The notes below the pieces were generated by a model. The model did not search any database. It had not been told where the DNA came from and was given only the letters and a program-made list of their open reading frames with translations. From positions 86,118,001 through 86,182,000 of the forward strand of contig OX597815.1 in NCBI GenBank assembly GCA_951406725.2: DNA of 64,000 nucleotides, written 5' to 3'. This DNA comes from Octopus vulgaris (taxonomy: Eukaryota). The position numbers and the translations under genes were made by a program. Positions 1-15,047 of the stretch are shown one piece after another; the stretch's first letter is position 1, and the number at the start of each line of letters is the position of its first letter.

Positions 1-112
1 TATATATATACATATGCAGACATATATATAAAGATATATATATACATATATATGTATATATATGCTTATATATACATATATGTATATATGTATATATATA
101 TGTGTATACATA

Positions 113-144
<32 letters not shown>

Positions 145-159
145 CATACATATAAATAC

Positions 160-190
<31 letters not shown>

Positions 191-243
191 TGTATACATG
201 TATATAAATACATATATATATATATATATATATACATATATGT

Positions 244-281
<38 letters not shown>

Positions 282-307
282 ATATATATATATTTATATA
301 TATATAT

Positions 308-371
<64 letters not shown>

Positions 372-400
372 ATGTATTTGTATATGTGTATGTATGTGTG
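1..400. repeat. (TA)n/(TG)n compound microsatellite, one of dozens (e.g. 11930-12560, 16015-16220, 18579-18730, 19320-19500, 38380-38700, 53978-54125, 55225-55470)
   Basis: Seen directly; these runs produce the spurious [12 protein letters not shown] ORFs. Confidence 0.95.
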
Positions 401-404
401 GAAC

Positions 405-588
405 GCTGAAATCTACAAATATTTTTCATCCTCTCTCTGTTTATTTTCTCTTAATCTTTCTGTTGAAGAGCGTAGGCTCGAAATGTAAAATATATTTTCA
501 TTTTTCTCGTGCGGGAAAATAATACACTTGCTCCTTGTTCGTACACCTGACTTCGTCTTTTGTTTTTCCATAAATTTCAATTACATAT
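405..588 (+). mobile_element. Short pLTR-like repeat with a hammerhead-like motif at 455-490
   Basis: ttt-CTGTTGA-a-GAGC-gtag-GCTC-GAAA-TGTA-aaa. It ends taaatttcaattaca followed by (TA)n. Homologous to 3220-3378 and 31478-31650. Confidence 0.55.
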
Positions 589-590
589 AC

Positions 591-659
<69 letters not shown>

Positions 660-2565
660 GGGGGGTGTATGTATATGTATATATAGATGTGTGTGTGTGT
701 TTGTGTGTGTGTATGGTGAAACGTTCCATACACAACTGAGAGACAATTGGAAAAGATACCTGGATGATTGCTTTATTTTATGACAGGAAAATATTGGCAA
801 GTCAACTGAATTCAAAAATATGATAAGCAACCTCAGCAATAGCTTGTTTAACTCCCAAAAGCAATGGTGTTTAACCCCGCAAAACTTGCCTTTCTGGATA
901 TTCTGATCAAAACCCAAGAGCTGAAAATAGAATCTTACATATTCTACAAACCCACCACTCCAAACAATAACTTCTTTTCACATCCTGTCACCTGAAACAC
1001 ACCAAACTGAACATTCCCTGGCAAAACGGATTAGAACCATAGTATCGGAGCAATTCAAACGTGAACAAAGACTAGAGGAACTGAAGGACACACTCATCCA
1101 AAGAGCCTTTCAAACTGGCATAATCACCAACAGAATAAACAAGGCTAAACAAATGAATATCAATGAAGTTAGGAAAACAAAAAAAACAAATGAAGGAAAA
1201 TGTCTTACCATTCGTGTCTACCTTCAATCCCATGAATACCGAAATACTTGATCACACCCACAAAAACCTCCCCATCTTATTTGCAGATGAAAAAATAAGA
1301 AAAATCTTAGAAAAGCAACAAATAATCAAAAGCAAAAGGCATCCCAAAACACTAAAACTCATTCACACTGGAGCAAAAACATACAAGGAAACCCCCACCC
1401 AACAGTGTCTGCAGGAGAACAAACTGTGGCACTGGCTGTAACCTAATTCTGGGGCCAGAATTTAAATTCAAATATGACCAAATCTTCAAAATCAAGTCCA
1501 ACCTCACCTGCAACACGGAGAACCCGATCTACGTAATCCCATGCAATGGTTGCCAACATAATTACATTGGTCAGACGGGCGAATCATTATGTAACAGATT
1601 GACGACCCATCGCCAACAGATCCGAGACAAAAAGACAAGGAAAATTCCTTTAAGTAATCACACTGCAACGTACAAATGCTCAGATTCCTTCAAACAACAA
1701 CAAAAGCTAAATAAAGAAAAACAATTTATCAAGAAGTATAAACCACAATTAAATATAGACCCAACTACAATCAATAAATGAGAACAGACACTTAAAAACA
1801 ATTTTATACGTATTATTATCGTTTTGAAAAATACTTCCCATCACGTTCTAAATCTTTTTTCCAATATTCATTAATGGTAGCACACACACTCAAACACACA
1901 CACACACAAACAAACAATCACACACACAAATATACACACATAAACAAAAAGGAAACATCACACACACACAAACACACACACACACATACACTCACACATA
2001 CACATACACATACAAAAGAAAACATCACAAAAACACACACACACAACCATACACACAAACACACACATACACACAAAAGAAAACATCGCAAAAAACACTC
2101 TTACACACACGCATACATACACTGTATCACACACACGCAAACACACACACATACACAGATGTGCACACGGGTGTAGACACTGAAAAGAATACATCTAACC
2201 TAAAGAAAAATCTTAATTCTTTCTTCAACAAGACATTCATCACAACATACACAAACCTATCAATTCACAGCTGGTCATTTTTCAAAACATATTGAGAGGG
2301 CATTCAACTCAATGCACACACCCCCACACACAAACAAGTGGACATAAAACCCATTCAATAAATGCTTTTTAGCCACTTCCATGGCAGGATAACACAAAGA
2401 TTTCTTTCAGGAAATAGTCACCCCTTCTCTCACTCTCCAACACTTTGGACTCAGTACCAAAGTATATTTAAAAAATACTTCAAAGAAAAATCTCCAGTCA
2501 TGTTCTTGACCCCTTCAGACAGAAGATAAACTGCTTTTACTTCATGTTTTTATAAACTGTTACTG

Positions 2566-2598
2566 ATATTTGATGAAATACATCGAAACCGGTAATAT
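2566..2598 (+). ncRNA. Degenerate minimal hammerhead in the pLTR of the 0.7-2.9 kb PLE
   Basis: ATAT-tTGATGA-aatacatc-GAAA-CCGG-TA-ATAT, with stem I ATAT/ATAT and the ACCGGT palindrome. C3 is mutated and stem II is weak. Confidence 0.6.
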
Positions 2599-2616
2599 AT
2601 TCTTTATATAAGAAAA

Positions 2617-2810
2617 GTTAGCACGCTGGACGAAATAATTAGCGGTATTTCGTCTGTCTTTTCGTTCTGAGTTCAAATTCCACCGAGGTTGACTTTGCCT
2701 TTCATACTTTCGGGGTAGATAAATTAAGTACCATTGCGTACTGGGCTCGATATATACGACTAGCCCTTTCCCCAGATATTTCGGGCCATGTGCCTAGAGA
2801 AGAAAAGAAT
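2617..2810 (+). mobile_element. tRNA-derived SINE with Meta-type central domain
   Basis: B-box-like gagttcaaattcc, then gactttgcctttcatactttcggggtagataaattaagtacc. Apparent TSD tctttatataa at 2601 and 2812. Confidence 0.8.
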
Positions 2811-2947
2811 ATCTTTATATAATTTTTTAATAATGTTTTAATTAAATCCCCTCTTGAATTTAAATGTCTTAGACTTACTTCTGTGCTATTTCCATCTCCA
2901 TCTTTTATATATAAAAATTTGATTTGTATAGATCTCTAATCTTCTTT

Positions 2948-3098
<151 letters not shown>

Positions 3099-3219
3099 AA
3101 TATATACACACACATACACACATCTATATATACATATACAGAGAGAGAGAGACAAAGACTGGTAGAGAGAGGAAAAGACAGCGAGGGCAATGTATCTACG
3201 TACGTGCTGTTGGTTATTT

Positions 3220-3378
3220 TTTTCCCTTCTTTGGAGTCTTGCGTTTCTCCTTTTCGACGAAGAGCTATGCTCGAAACGTCAAACATCCTTTGGTTTTACT
3301 GAACATCAAGCTAAGATATTTGCTTTTTGTTAATACGCCTATCTTCGACTTTTGGTTCTCTATAAATTTCAACTATAT
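3220..3378 (+). mobile_element. Short pLTR-like repeat with a hammerhead-like motif at 3251-3283
   Basis: TTT-TCGACGA-a-GAGC-tat-GCTC-GAAA-CGTC-AAA. It ends taaatttcaactata, like the 405-588 copy. Confidence 0.55.
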
Positions 3379-3390
3379 CCATACATGCTT

Positions 3391-3462
<72 letters not shown>

Positions 3463-4399
3463 ACACACAAGACATAGATATATGTATGTATAGGGTGTGA
3501 GTAAAGAGGCAATTATTAAGAGGTTTATAGGCGAAAAGAAATCGTTGATTCAATCGGTCATCGACCATGAAACCGACAGTGATGCACGCGTGCACAGTGG
3601 TACACACACAGACACGTCTTTCCTATATATATATATATAGGTTATTTATAGGTTTCATATAGGTTTAAATTGAGAGAAGCCTAATTGCTAAATTGTTAAT
3701 TGAAAGACAAAAATAGCATTTACAAATTTGCGTCAAGTAATCAAGTAATACACTTAGAACTACCGTCTCGGTTGAGTCAAGTCATATGATGTCGAAGATT
3801 TTATTTATGCGCTTAGCGTTAAATTCTCCTGCTGGATTATATGAGCAAATCTAGTTTCAAATTGAGCTCTCTTGGTCATTGAGATTTATATTCATAGCAG
3901 TTGTCTTTCCTTATCAACAGACATAAATGCAATAAAAACTGCTTTTTTTATAGACAGATACAGTCATATGGGGAACGATAGATGCGTGCATCATGTGTAA
4001 ATAATACATGCATACAGATTTATGGATCTCTATGCTTACACGCACATACACTCACACACTGGATTTATACATGGGCTACTTCAAGTTTCATGCTGAGAAA
4101 GGGCTGTAATCATACGAGCTTGTAGAGCGTATCGTACTCGAACCAGCATTATTTGAAGCTCAAATAGCATGTCTACACCCGGAACAAATAGGAGAAAGAA
4201 TTAGAAAATATTTGCATCAGCGATACGGAATCCTCAACATACGTACTAAGAGAAAGAGGAATGATTATGTTTATGAAATCCAGGAGTTGTCCTTTTAATG
4301 TTGGGTCTTTAATGTGTTTTAACTAGATGTTGTCATCTAAGAATGTAACACCGATGTTTGTGTGGGTAGAGCAATGAGGAGAAGACTATAGAGTGTGTT

Positions 4400-5400
4400 A
4401 AATTGTCCTTGATCTTTCCAGTTCGATAAGAGAAATTTAAGCATATATACAAATTTTCCACAAAACTATCATCTTCAGAAATCCTTTAGTTAACATTACC
4501 AATAGGATCTCTAATCTTTATTACTCTAAAGACATTTCTGATAAGGTAGACGACAGTAGTTTAAAGACAAAATTACATACTCTATGACCTAAAAAAGAAC
4601 CAAACATAAAAATAAATAAACCAGGAAAAAATTAAATGGTTGCCCCTTTCTTGAATTTTAGGACGAATGTAGGTAAAAAATTTGTAGTCCTGGTAGATAA
4701 ACGCTTCTCTCATAGCCATAGATTTAAGAAAGAATCCAATAGAAAGTGCAGAAATATTTTCTTCAGTTACAACCTTGACATGAAAAACAACATTCCACGT
4801 AATCCAACCGAGATGTCTACTCCAGACTGCAACTTCAGTATCCGGTTTACATACCCACTAGACTAGGAATGCATTGTTAGCTCAGTGGTGTACAAAATTA
4901 AGGCCTCCTCCGTCTAGCCAAAGTAGGGAGCCGAAAGAAATATATTGGACTATGAGAAAGTGGCTTCAAAAAAATACAACAGTCACTAGTCTTTCAAAAT
5001 CGCAAGCAAGCTAGCAGGCCATATCTGGAATCTGAACAACAGTAGTATATATCACCTCGTTAAGTGAAGCATCGGGGAGAGAATCTGGGCCATACATCAA
5101 CGATTCACTAAAATGCGGGTTTTTAAAACGTGAAAGAGTAAACATCCTTATTAGGTCAAAGAATTTCTTAACTTGAGATAAAAAAAAAAAACCTTTACTA
5201 GATGTAGATATATGTATCTCGACAAGACACCACACCACCTCACAAGATTACATACTCCGCTTAACGTACTTTAACCGATACCCATTCCACTACCCATATT
5301 AAACACAGATTTTTAAATGATAATACCTAGTTAAAAAACGTTAAACACTCAACATATCAATATCCTTCACTTGACGAAGTAAAAGGGAAAAATCCAAATT
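4400..5400 (+). mobile_element. Heavily degraded PLE 3' part from a different subfamily (WFNPPF/TNVGKKF type)
   Basis: Relic peptides PFLNFRTNVGKKFVVLVDKRFSHSHRF, CNFSIRFTYPLD*ECIVSSVVYK, KYIGL and LAGHIWNL match the thumb/GIY-YIG layout of invertebrate PLEs. Confidence 0.65.
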
Positions 5401-6740
5401 CCATGAATGGAATTATTGGCCTTTCCCTTAGTATGTTTCTTAACGTACTACTCGTATTTTTTTCCCGTTCTTTCTTGAAGCATCCACGTTATTTGAGCCT
5501 GAGCTATTACCGGGTGGTACACAGTTACTCTTTACGACCTCGTCCGATTATTGCCATATCCGAAGATATAACTTGGATAAAATTCTGCTGTTCGAAAGAA
5601 GATATATTGTTGTAGTATTAAACACACAATCCTGAGCACAACGGAGAAGACGAGCTGGTCACTTTTGATCATTCATTTCCTAATTTTTGGCTGACATTAG
5701 CCTAAACCAAAAGGAAAACAAACACTAGCAGGTGAATATATCTCTCTGTGTGTAAATATAGACAAAATTTGTAAAAGAGGCAACTGGAAAATTTTCAACA
5801 ATTTTTAGACGCGAACAGTTCACATAGGCATCTTTCTATATCTATTTTACAAGACGGCAATAACTGCAAAAGTTTTTCATCTGCAAACACATTATGTAGA
5901 AAACCACACGAAAATAAAGAATTGGTTTCGTGCATATAATTGTTTCACACGCTTTTTGAAGCCGAATTATTTCATGCCTAGAACATTATTGCTTTTTTGA
6001 GGTCTTTATATTTTTTGTGTATTTTTAAGCCAGGTAATTGTGAGTTGATATTGTTATATTATTATCTCTCTGCATTTATCTCCTCTATTCATTTTCAAAT
6101 TTTTATACAAAAATAGATCTGAAACACTAATCTCGTGTTTAAGTTTCAATGTAACATCATAGAAAATACGATTTATTTTCCCAAAATAAAGTCAAGAACT
6201 GTAATATATATGTACATACGTACATACATGCATGTACACATTTTCAATGCATACATTTATACATATATATACACGCACTCACACAAGCATACACATGAGT
6301 TCACACATGCGCGCACACTCTGACTCACACACGTACACGCGCGTGCACATACACACATACACACTAACGCACACACACTAACACATGGGGACACAAATGC
6401 GTACAAATGGGTGAATAGTAAAAGTAAAATAAAATATATTCTATTGGAACCTGAAAGTTCACAAATCATAACTCAATGTCTCTCGTGTTCAATTTGTGGA
6501 CGTTAATAGAAAATATAATATTAGGAATATCTTTAAATATATAATAGATACCGAACATTAAAAGTGAATTTGGAATGGTAGAAATTATCTCATGATTTCA
6601 AAACAGAAAAGAAAATTTTGCATTATAGTCTATTACGCATATATTTATATATACATAAGTGTACGAGCAGTTTGTGTGAGTGTCTGCGTGTGTATTTGTG
6701 TGTAAGTGTGGTTGTGTGTGAGTGCGTGTGTGAGTGTGTG

Positions 6741-6789
<49 letters not shown>

Positions 6790-7904
6790 AAACATCAGTG
6801 CAGAATATTAAGTAAAGTGCAACGGGAACATTTAAGACAGAGGAAGAAGAAAAGCAGTTGAAACACTTTTCGAGGAAAAAGGAAATAAAATTATATGAGC
6901 AGATGTTTTGAGAGAGAGAGAGAGAGAGGATGGAGAGAGAGAGAGAGGAGCGAGAGAGAGAGGGAGAGAGTAGGAGAGAGAAAGACTGCAGGATGAAAAA
7001 AGAATGCAAGAAGAGCAAGAGAAGGGAAGAATAACGAACAACGAAGGAGGAAGAAATTATGAAAATAGCTATGGAAAATTAGAGACATCCTTGAAGATTT
7101 AGCTAAGTATAGTTAAAATCATCATGTGCAAATTGCACAGGATTCTCCAGTTCCGGGAGTTCGTGATTAAGCGGTAAATGGTGACTAAATATAAGATATT
7201 TCGAAGCATTAGTTCCGAAGATTTCACACATAATGGGGTAAGTTGTTATACAGTATTTCAATATTTGTTCATACTAATGCAGAAATTCAGATTTTTTATT
7301 CCATTGCAGATGTCCTTGCATACTTTAAAACAGAGTGGTGGGAACCATGTTTCCATAGAATATTTTGTTCTAAAAACCCTTGTGTTTTAAAAGACGACAA
7401 AATTATTTAAGCTATATGTAAATACTTAAACTCGTGGAACCCACGAGCATGTATATATAGGATTCAACACGATGGTAAAGCGCACCTTGAAATATATTCT
7501 TCCCCTATTCTTTGAGTTTTTCAAAAGAACTTTGGTACTTTCACATGGTACACTATACCTTTAATTTTCTTTTCTTTAAGGAGAAAAGTTACTATTACGT
7601 GTAGGTAATGAAACATTACCGTTTACGTTGAATTGTCTCTTTGAATTAGATCAATAGAAGCCGATTTCTTAAATTAAGCTTAATTGATGTAAACATTTTT
7701 AATATGTCTCGCTGCGATGTGAAAAAATGATATTAAATTAAAGAATCTTCTTGCGATGTTGGGCTTTATATTTAAGCTGAAAATTGGATTAAACTAGAAG
7801 ATATTTCCTTGTCTTGAAACGTTGAAACTAAATATATTTTATCTAGAAAGCCACTAAAGAGGAGCACCTGACTAATTTAAATATAATCTTGGCCGTCGCT
7901 AATG

Positions 7905-9083
7905 ATGTGCTGACCAAGACACTCTCATGAAATGTAACCATGTGAAGTTGCTTTATTTTTCAATAGAGTCACTTTTGGCAGTCCACATACTTCTTCCATC
8001 AGTGTTGCACAGCTTGTATCCGATCGGTGAAGAATCTTTCGTACTGCTGGTCAAAAAATGTCATCAACAGCAGATATGACGTCGTCATTGCGATACTGGC
8101 TCTCAGCCGAGTGTTTAATAATGTTGGGCAACGAATGACAGATATGGCCAGGTCAAAAGAATAGGGAGAGTGATCAACCAGTTCAAAACCACAGTCATGC
8201 ACAGTGGACATTGAAACCAAAGACTCGTGTGCTGGAGCAATGTCTTGAGGAAACACCACTTTTGGTCCTGATAGCAAGTTGGCATCGTACACTCCATTGA
8301 AAGTGTGGCCATTTGCAAGGTGGTCAATAAATATAGCATCTTTTGCATCCTAAAAATCTGATGCCAGCACGACCTTGGTCTTCTTTGGAGCAGATGAGGA
8401 GGTAGGTTTCCACTTCATGGATTGTTTCTTTGTCTCTAACTCAAAGTGATGAACCCAACACTCATCCCGAGTTAGGAAACATTCAAGGAAACCCGTTGGA
8501 TCTGCCTCAGCTCATGTCAGATTTTCTCGTGATTTGATCAGGCTGGTGTGCTTTGATCAAGCATCAGAAACGTGTCACCCACCGAGCATAAAACTTCGTT
8601 ACGCAAAGTTCATTGCAAAGTATTCTCAACTTTCTCATAGGATATACTAATAGCATTCGCTATTTGATTTTAATCACTCACCTGTCATTCATCCATAGGT
8701 GGTTGACATTATCGGTGTTTTTCTCGGTAGTGACAGTTGTAGGACGCCCAGAACCTGGGCCATCTTCAAGACTCCCCCTTACTCTCCTAAATCCCAGTAC
8801 TAAGTTTTCATTTTCGATAAAGTTGGAGTGTCTTCCCTTAATCTCGCAACCATGTCAGCATAAATGTCCTTGAAGCTAAGCCATTTTCTGTAGGTACTTG
8901 ATAATACGACAATGCCAAATTTTCAGGAGAATTTGCTACTGGTTGAGCTGTCCGACATCAGTTAACTTGGAAATAAACAATGCAGTTATAGATAGAAGAG
9001 ATGAAATTAATGACTGCAATATTTAACAGCTCTAGCATCGCTCCTTCATAGTTAGCCTATGAAATTTTCAGCCTACTCTCATA
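7905..9083 (-). mobile_element. Decayed mariner (DD34D-type) DNA transposon
   Basis: Minus-strand peptides FLTRDECWVHHFELETKKQSMKWK and QDIAPAH..CGFELVDHSPYSFDLA. A TIR-like end tatgagagtaggctgaaaatttcataggct lies at 9054-9083; the other TIR is eroded. Confidence 0.88.
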
Positions 9084-10822
9084 AAATTTATGGAGGGTAA
9101 CATTCTAATTAAGCTAACCACAATTGAACGTTTAACCTCCATAAAACTTAAAGAACATTAGTTTTAAAATTTACGTTACCGCATATAATTGCTTTGTACA
9201 AAATTTATTTTGTTTTGATTTTGTTCATGCCATTTGCTATTAAAATACACATTTGACTTCCTGAGAAATAGTACTCGAGAAAGCTTTCCACTTGTTTATG
9301 GGTATCAATCCATTATGCTTTATTTTAAAAAGGAATGAACTTATGTACCCACAAACAATACACGCATTCCCGTTATCAGTGCCAGAAATCGGAGTCATGA
9401 CAAACCAGCAATAGGTTAGACATGGATTCTGCATTCGAAGTAAGTCCTCCAAGATTGATCCGGTGTCAATTTTAAAGAAAGCAAGCATCGTATTCGAAAC
9501 AATGACTAACGGGTACGTAATCTAGTCTCATATCCACTCTCCCAGCTAACTTTGTCATTATTTCGTCAAGATATTGACGGTTATTGTACTCTTTAGAGTA
9601 ATAAATAATTTCTAGTTATATTTACATAGCACGTCCAGATTACCTGTTGCAAATACTTCACTTTACTTACGCCATTAATAATGAAACTAATATCACTTGT
9701 AATGAATTGTGTGTCACTGGCGACCACAATCGTACAAGTGGTAGAACGAAGAGGTATAATGTGAGAAGATTGACGTTCAGTGAAATTTTGCATTCTGTTT
9801 CTAATCAATTCTCCAAATATACACAAACCTTGCACAATCTTATATTTGATCATTTGTTAACCAGAAGCCCTAGCTCTACAGCATAATGTAGAAAAATCTT
9901 GGAATAAGCTTGAACTTCTGTTCAACATAAAGAATAACATATATTATTCTCTTTCAAAAAAGGCAAAATTTACTTTTCTTCTACTACGGACAAATTTCTG
10001 TATATGTATATATATATGTACGCGTGTGTGGATATGTACGAGTGAGCGGGTATGTATGTATATAGATGTGTGCGTGTGCGCGGGTATAAGAATACATACA
10101 TATATAGACGTTTTTACTCAGTATTTTTACAATTTTTCCGGGTTTTTTTTTGGGGGGGGGGGGGTATGTATAATCCTTTTTTGTGCATGCGTGTGTGTGT
10201 ACGCGTATATAGACATGTGCATATATGGGTGTGTTTGTGTGTGTGTGCGTGCATAAAGGTATGTATTTATATGAACGTGGTTTACTCTTTGTATACTTCC
10301 TTATGCTTTTTTTTCTGTATTGTTACTCTTAACCATGTCTTTTCTTGTGTTTGTGCGTATGTAGACGTATGTATGAACTTTTACGGTGTGCGTGTGTGTG
10401 TATGAGTTTTTATATATGTGCATATACATTTGGCGAAAAATGCGAGTGAAGATGTGTACGTTTTCATAGTGATGTATACGTACGCACGTGTGTGCGCGAG
10501 CGCACATGTATGCGTATGAGCAGGCATGTTTACGTGTTTACTATGAACCTTTAACCTTATTTTAATTATCGGTCATTGAATTAGCGCGTTTATATAAGTA
10601 GCGGACTATAACACAGTAATTTCCCTTTGTATAACAGTCTTTTTTCATAGCGTTTTTCAGATGGCCAGATAACCGAAGAGATGGTGATGTGGATTTCCAC
10701 CTCGGCATCCGAAAATCAAAGTTTTATTTTGGCTACCGAATAATTATCACATATTATTTTACAGATAAATTTCCTCTATTTACATAATATTGAGGTCTCT
10801 TTCTTGTTATCTTACCGTTTTT

Positions 10823-10886
<64 letters not shown>

Positions 10887-11731
10887 TTAATGATTGTTGT
10901 GTATTTAATAAGAGTGGAGTTCTGCCCATGAGTTTGAAGCAGAAGGTTGCAAACAAGGTTTCTAATGGGTTCTAAATTCAAGAGAATATGAAGAGTTCAA
11001 TTTATCATGGAGTCGATGAGAAAAAAAATTCTTCTTGGTCCTGCTCAATAGAATAAATCCTCTCCATAGAATACACTTTTAAAATCGTTACCATCATGTT
11101 TACGAATAACAACAATAGACCATCACCAACAATAACAAATGCAATATCAATAATGACAACAGCTCGAATAAAAACAGTGTCTCTCAATATCATGAAACCG
11201 ACAGGTGTTCGCAAAATGGCAAATATTTGTAATAATTTTTTCCTTTGTTATTAGTTCTTATAAAATAGATACTCCGAGAAAGTGGTTTTGAAAGTTGTGC
11301 GCATACGGAGCAGTGTGTAATTCGTGTTTCGTTTGCTTGTAGTTATGAAATTAATTAGAGATATGGGGGAAATATGTATATAATAAGGGAGAGTAGACAA
11401 ACTAAAGTAAGAACAAGAACAGCAACCGTAGTATTAAACATAATATGGATTTGGCTGTCCATCTGCGTTATCCAAGAAGCATGTAATGACAAAAATTATG
11501 ATTGGTTGCTGGGGAAATTAACAAACAAGTCAGCGTGTGTTTCCATAGTAAAAATTATTCACTTTTATTTTTGTTTGATTTTTGGTGTGTTTGTTAATAT
11601 GAGTGTTTACTACTTTTTTTCATAATCTACTAATCATCTTTCGTATTAAAACTACGCCGAACATTCGCAAATTAACTTCTTTCCTATCTAGTTATCTAGC
11701 TAAAGGATTAATGTAAGCTCTGAGAAAGAGA

Positions 11732-11763
<32 letters not shown>

Positions 11764-11929
11764 TAGGGAGACAGACAGACAGATAGAGAGGGAGAGAAAG
11801 AGAGACTCAGCGCGAAAGAGTGGGTGGAATGAGAGAAAAAAGCCAGTCGCGAAGAGATTGAAGAAGGGAAAAAAATTAGCTGCGTACTGAGAGAGAAGCA
11901 GTGAGATGCCTGATGAGAGAGCCATATTT

Positions 11930-12009
<80 letters not shown>

Positions 12010-12110
12010 TATATATATATTTATGTATACATATATATGTATTTATGTATATATATATGTATGTATATGTATATATATATATACATATATATATATATGT
12101 ATATATGCAT

Positions 12111-12181
<71 letters not shown>

Positions 12182-12479
12182 TATGTATGTGCCTGTTTAT
12201 TTACGTCTCACATATATACTTAGATACCAAAACCAAGAACGAGATGTTAATATATGTATACACTTACAAGTGTATTTCTGTTTGTGTGTGCGCATCCGTG
12301 CGTGTATATCATGCATATGAGTGTATTAATGCTTACTAGCCTCTTAAACATGTCTTTGATCCTGCACCCACATTCGTGTGTAGATACAAACATACATATA
12401 TATATATATGTGTGTGTTGTGTGAATTCATATATGTGTGTATACATATATACATACATACACACGCAGACACACACACG

Positions 12480-12554
<75 letters not shown>

Positions 12555-14943
12555 ATATAACACATACATACCTACATGTTTATACAATGTACATGGAAAA
12601 ATAAGGGTGGTAAAATTGACAGTTAATAAGTATCCAGGGTAAAGTATGAAATGAAAAGTGAAAAACTAAAGAAATAAGCAGCGATAGTTGAATAGATGGA
12701 TTGATAGAAAGATAGATAGATAGATTGATAGATAGAGAGAGAGAAAGAGAGAGAGGGGGAGGAGAGAGAGAGAAAGAGAGAGGGAGGGAGAGAGAGAGAA
12801 AGAGAGAGAGAGAGAGGGAGGGAGAGAGAGAAAGAATAGAAAGATTAAAGGAAGAGAGAGAGAAAAAAGATGGCGAATGTTGAGAAAGGGTAATTTAGAT
12901 GGAATAGGTAATATAAGAAACTGACTATGGAAGAGTAAGAATGACAGGAGAGTGAAAAGCATGAAAATAAAGTAGGAAATTATAATGAGAAAATGAGCCC
13001 AAGCTTGTTAAATATAAAAACAAAAACAATTAGATGTAGGGAAAAATAGATACATTGAAGTTAAGAGGAATGTTGAGATTTAGAGGTAAAATAGCTTGGT
13101 GTAGAAACAGGTAAAGTTAGAGAAAATATATGTACAGGCTTAGACAGAAGAAATTGTTGAAATAAGGAGTTTAGGAAAAAAAAATTTATACCGAAATAGA
13201 AAATAGTAATGAGAGTGAAAGAGAAAATAGATGAGAGAAAATATATAGCGGGAGAGGAGGAGAAGACGAGTTTGGTTGTGTACGTTAGTAATGAAGAGAA
13301 TGAGTGAAATACGAATTGAATAGAGGTAGATTGTATTGAAGAAAATAGAAGACATTAATTGAGAATGAAATTGAAAAAGAGAGCAAATATAAACTCTTGA
13401 AAGAAGATATAGTTATACGCACACACATCCAAACACACACATACTCAAACACACACACAGACTCGCGTGCATACTCACTAATATATGATAAGAGAAACAG
13501 AGGAGGAAGAGATAACCATCTTTAATTATGAATGTTTAATTTTGCACTCAATGTTTCTCCTTCAAGCTAATTAAGTTTCCTGAATGCAATACTGAAGCAG
13601 AAAGTAAACGAAACCATCCATAGTAGAAAAAAAAGTCAGTTCGTAAATAAACAGATATCAAAACCACATGAAGCAGATAAATGATCTCCAGTCAACTGAA
13701 GATTTTATAATCGTATAGGAAGACGTTAATAATTGTTATAGTTAAGTCGCTTTCTTGAGCTCCAGGTTTAATTTACCGAGCAGCTAATTGCAGTCTAGCT
13801 AAGCATAATAACTTCAACTCTATAGTACTTGATCAAAAGGAAAACTATAAGGCAAGCTAAATGCCAAAACGATAAGCTCAGCTCAACTAAACTCAAATAA
13901 GGTTATGTAATTAATGCATTACATATAGTTCCTGTTGCTTCGATGAAAGTCCAAGACATAGACGGCATTAGATATCAAGTATTTCTTTAAAGCTAGGTAA
14001 ACTGTAGGATGTTATTTAAATAGTATTTGAGTGCTGTACATTAATGGATACCAGCGGAAAACCAGCATTTCGTATCAGTTTTCATTTCCGGTTTATTGAC
14101 TCCTCTCCACTTAAGTCCTCGTATCTCCTTATTGTAGTCGTTGTCAGTAACCAGGAAATGGGAAATACTGTGTCAGATTAACTTTTCCTTGACACATTGC
14201 ATACGGAATTTAAAATTTGTGGAGGTACCGTACAGTAAAAGATTAAACCAAAGCCCATAATTTTTTCACAACATACTTTCTGCTAAGTATTTCGAGTAAA
14301 AGAGTGATAAATAAAACAGGAAAGGCGTACCTCTACGTATTCCTATGCTTGCAAACAATAATTGTTAAAAATACCCTGCTACATTAAAGAAATGTTACTT
14401 TGGATAATGTAGTCATATATGCATTATGAAACGTTTTTGATGATATTTTATGGACCAAATTTTATGTAGGGTTCAACAAAAAGTAAACTACAACATAAAA
14501 TGTTTCTCTGACATAAATAAAAACAATTTCAGCATCATTATTTTTAAGAGAAAACCACTGTTGCTATTTAAACCTAAGTCAGCCCTGACCGATTGCACAT
14601 ATGACTTCTTCTATTTATAAAAAATGTGTAAAGGAATTAATTTTTAAGTGTACTCTTCCATCCATTAAAACGATACGTTATGATTTGAGGGTGATTTGGC
14701 TAACATTTCAAGGAGTTTGAGTGGCGGCATAAAAGTTCTAGTGTTGCATATTCTTGTCCAAACATCTTGGCATAGATTATGGAAAAATTGAGTTGTGAAA
14801 CTCTTATCGCTGACTTATTTTATCAAAGACGTTCAAGCTGGTTGGCTGCTAATACTAGCAAGTCGAACAACTGTGTAGAGTAGAGGCTCCAATGCCGGCT
14901 CAGGCTCGATCGTTGAAAATCAGTAATCCGCTTCTCTGTCTTA

Positions 14944-15047
<104 letters not shown>

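Larger units (their letters stand above)
715..2890 (+). mobile_element. Degraded 5'-truncated Neptune-type PLE (coding ~715-1781, 3' UTR/pLTR to ~2890)
   Basis: Conceptual translation gives WKRYLDDCFIL (RT YxDD), LPFLDILIK, LPFVSTFNP, KSKRHPKTLK, NPIYVIPCNGCQHNYIGQTG and KEKQFIKKYKPQLN. It has many stops and frameshifts and is clearly related to the 51 kb ORF. Confidence 0.88.

Noticed and set aside
715-1781. In-frame TGA in PLE relics as selenocysteine (as in some Naiad PLEs)
   Set aside because: The TGA after YLDDCFIL replaces a Trp codon, and the copies also contain frameshifts and other stops, which indicates ordinary decay.
5420-5702. Minus-strand exon after the acceptor-like ttttccttttggtttag
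   Set aside because: All three frames stop soon after the acceptor and no peptide is recognisable. It could only be non-coding.
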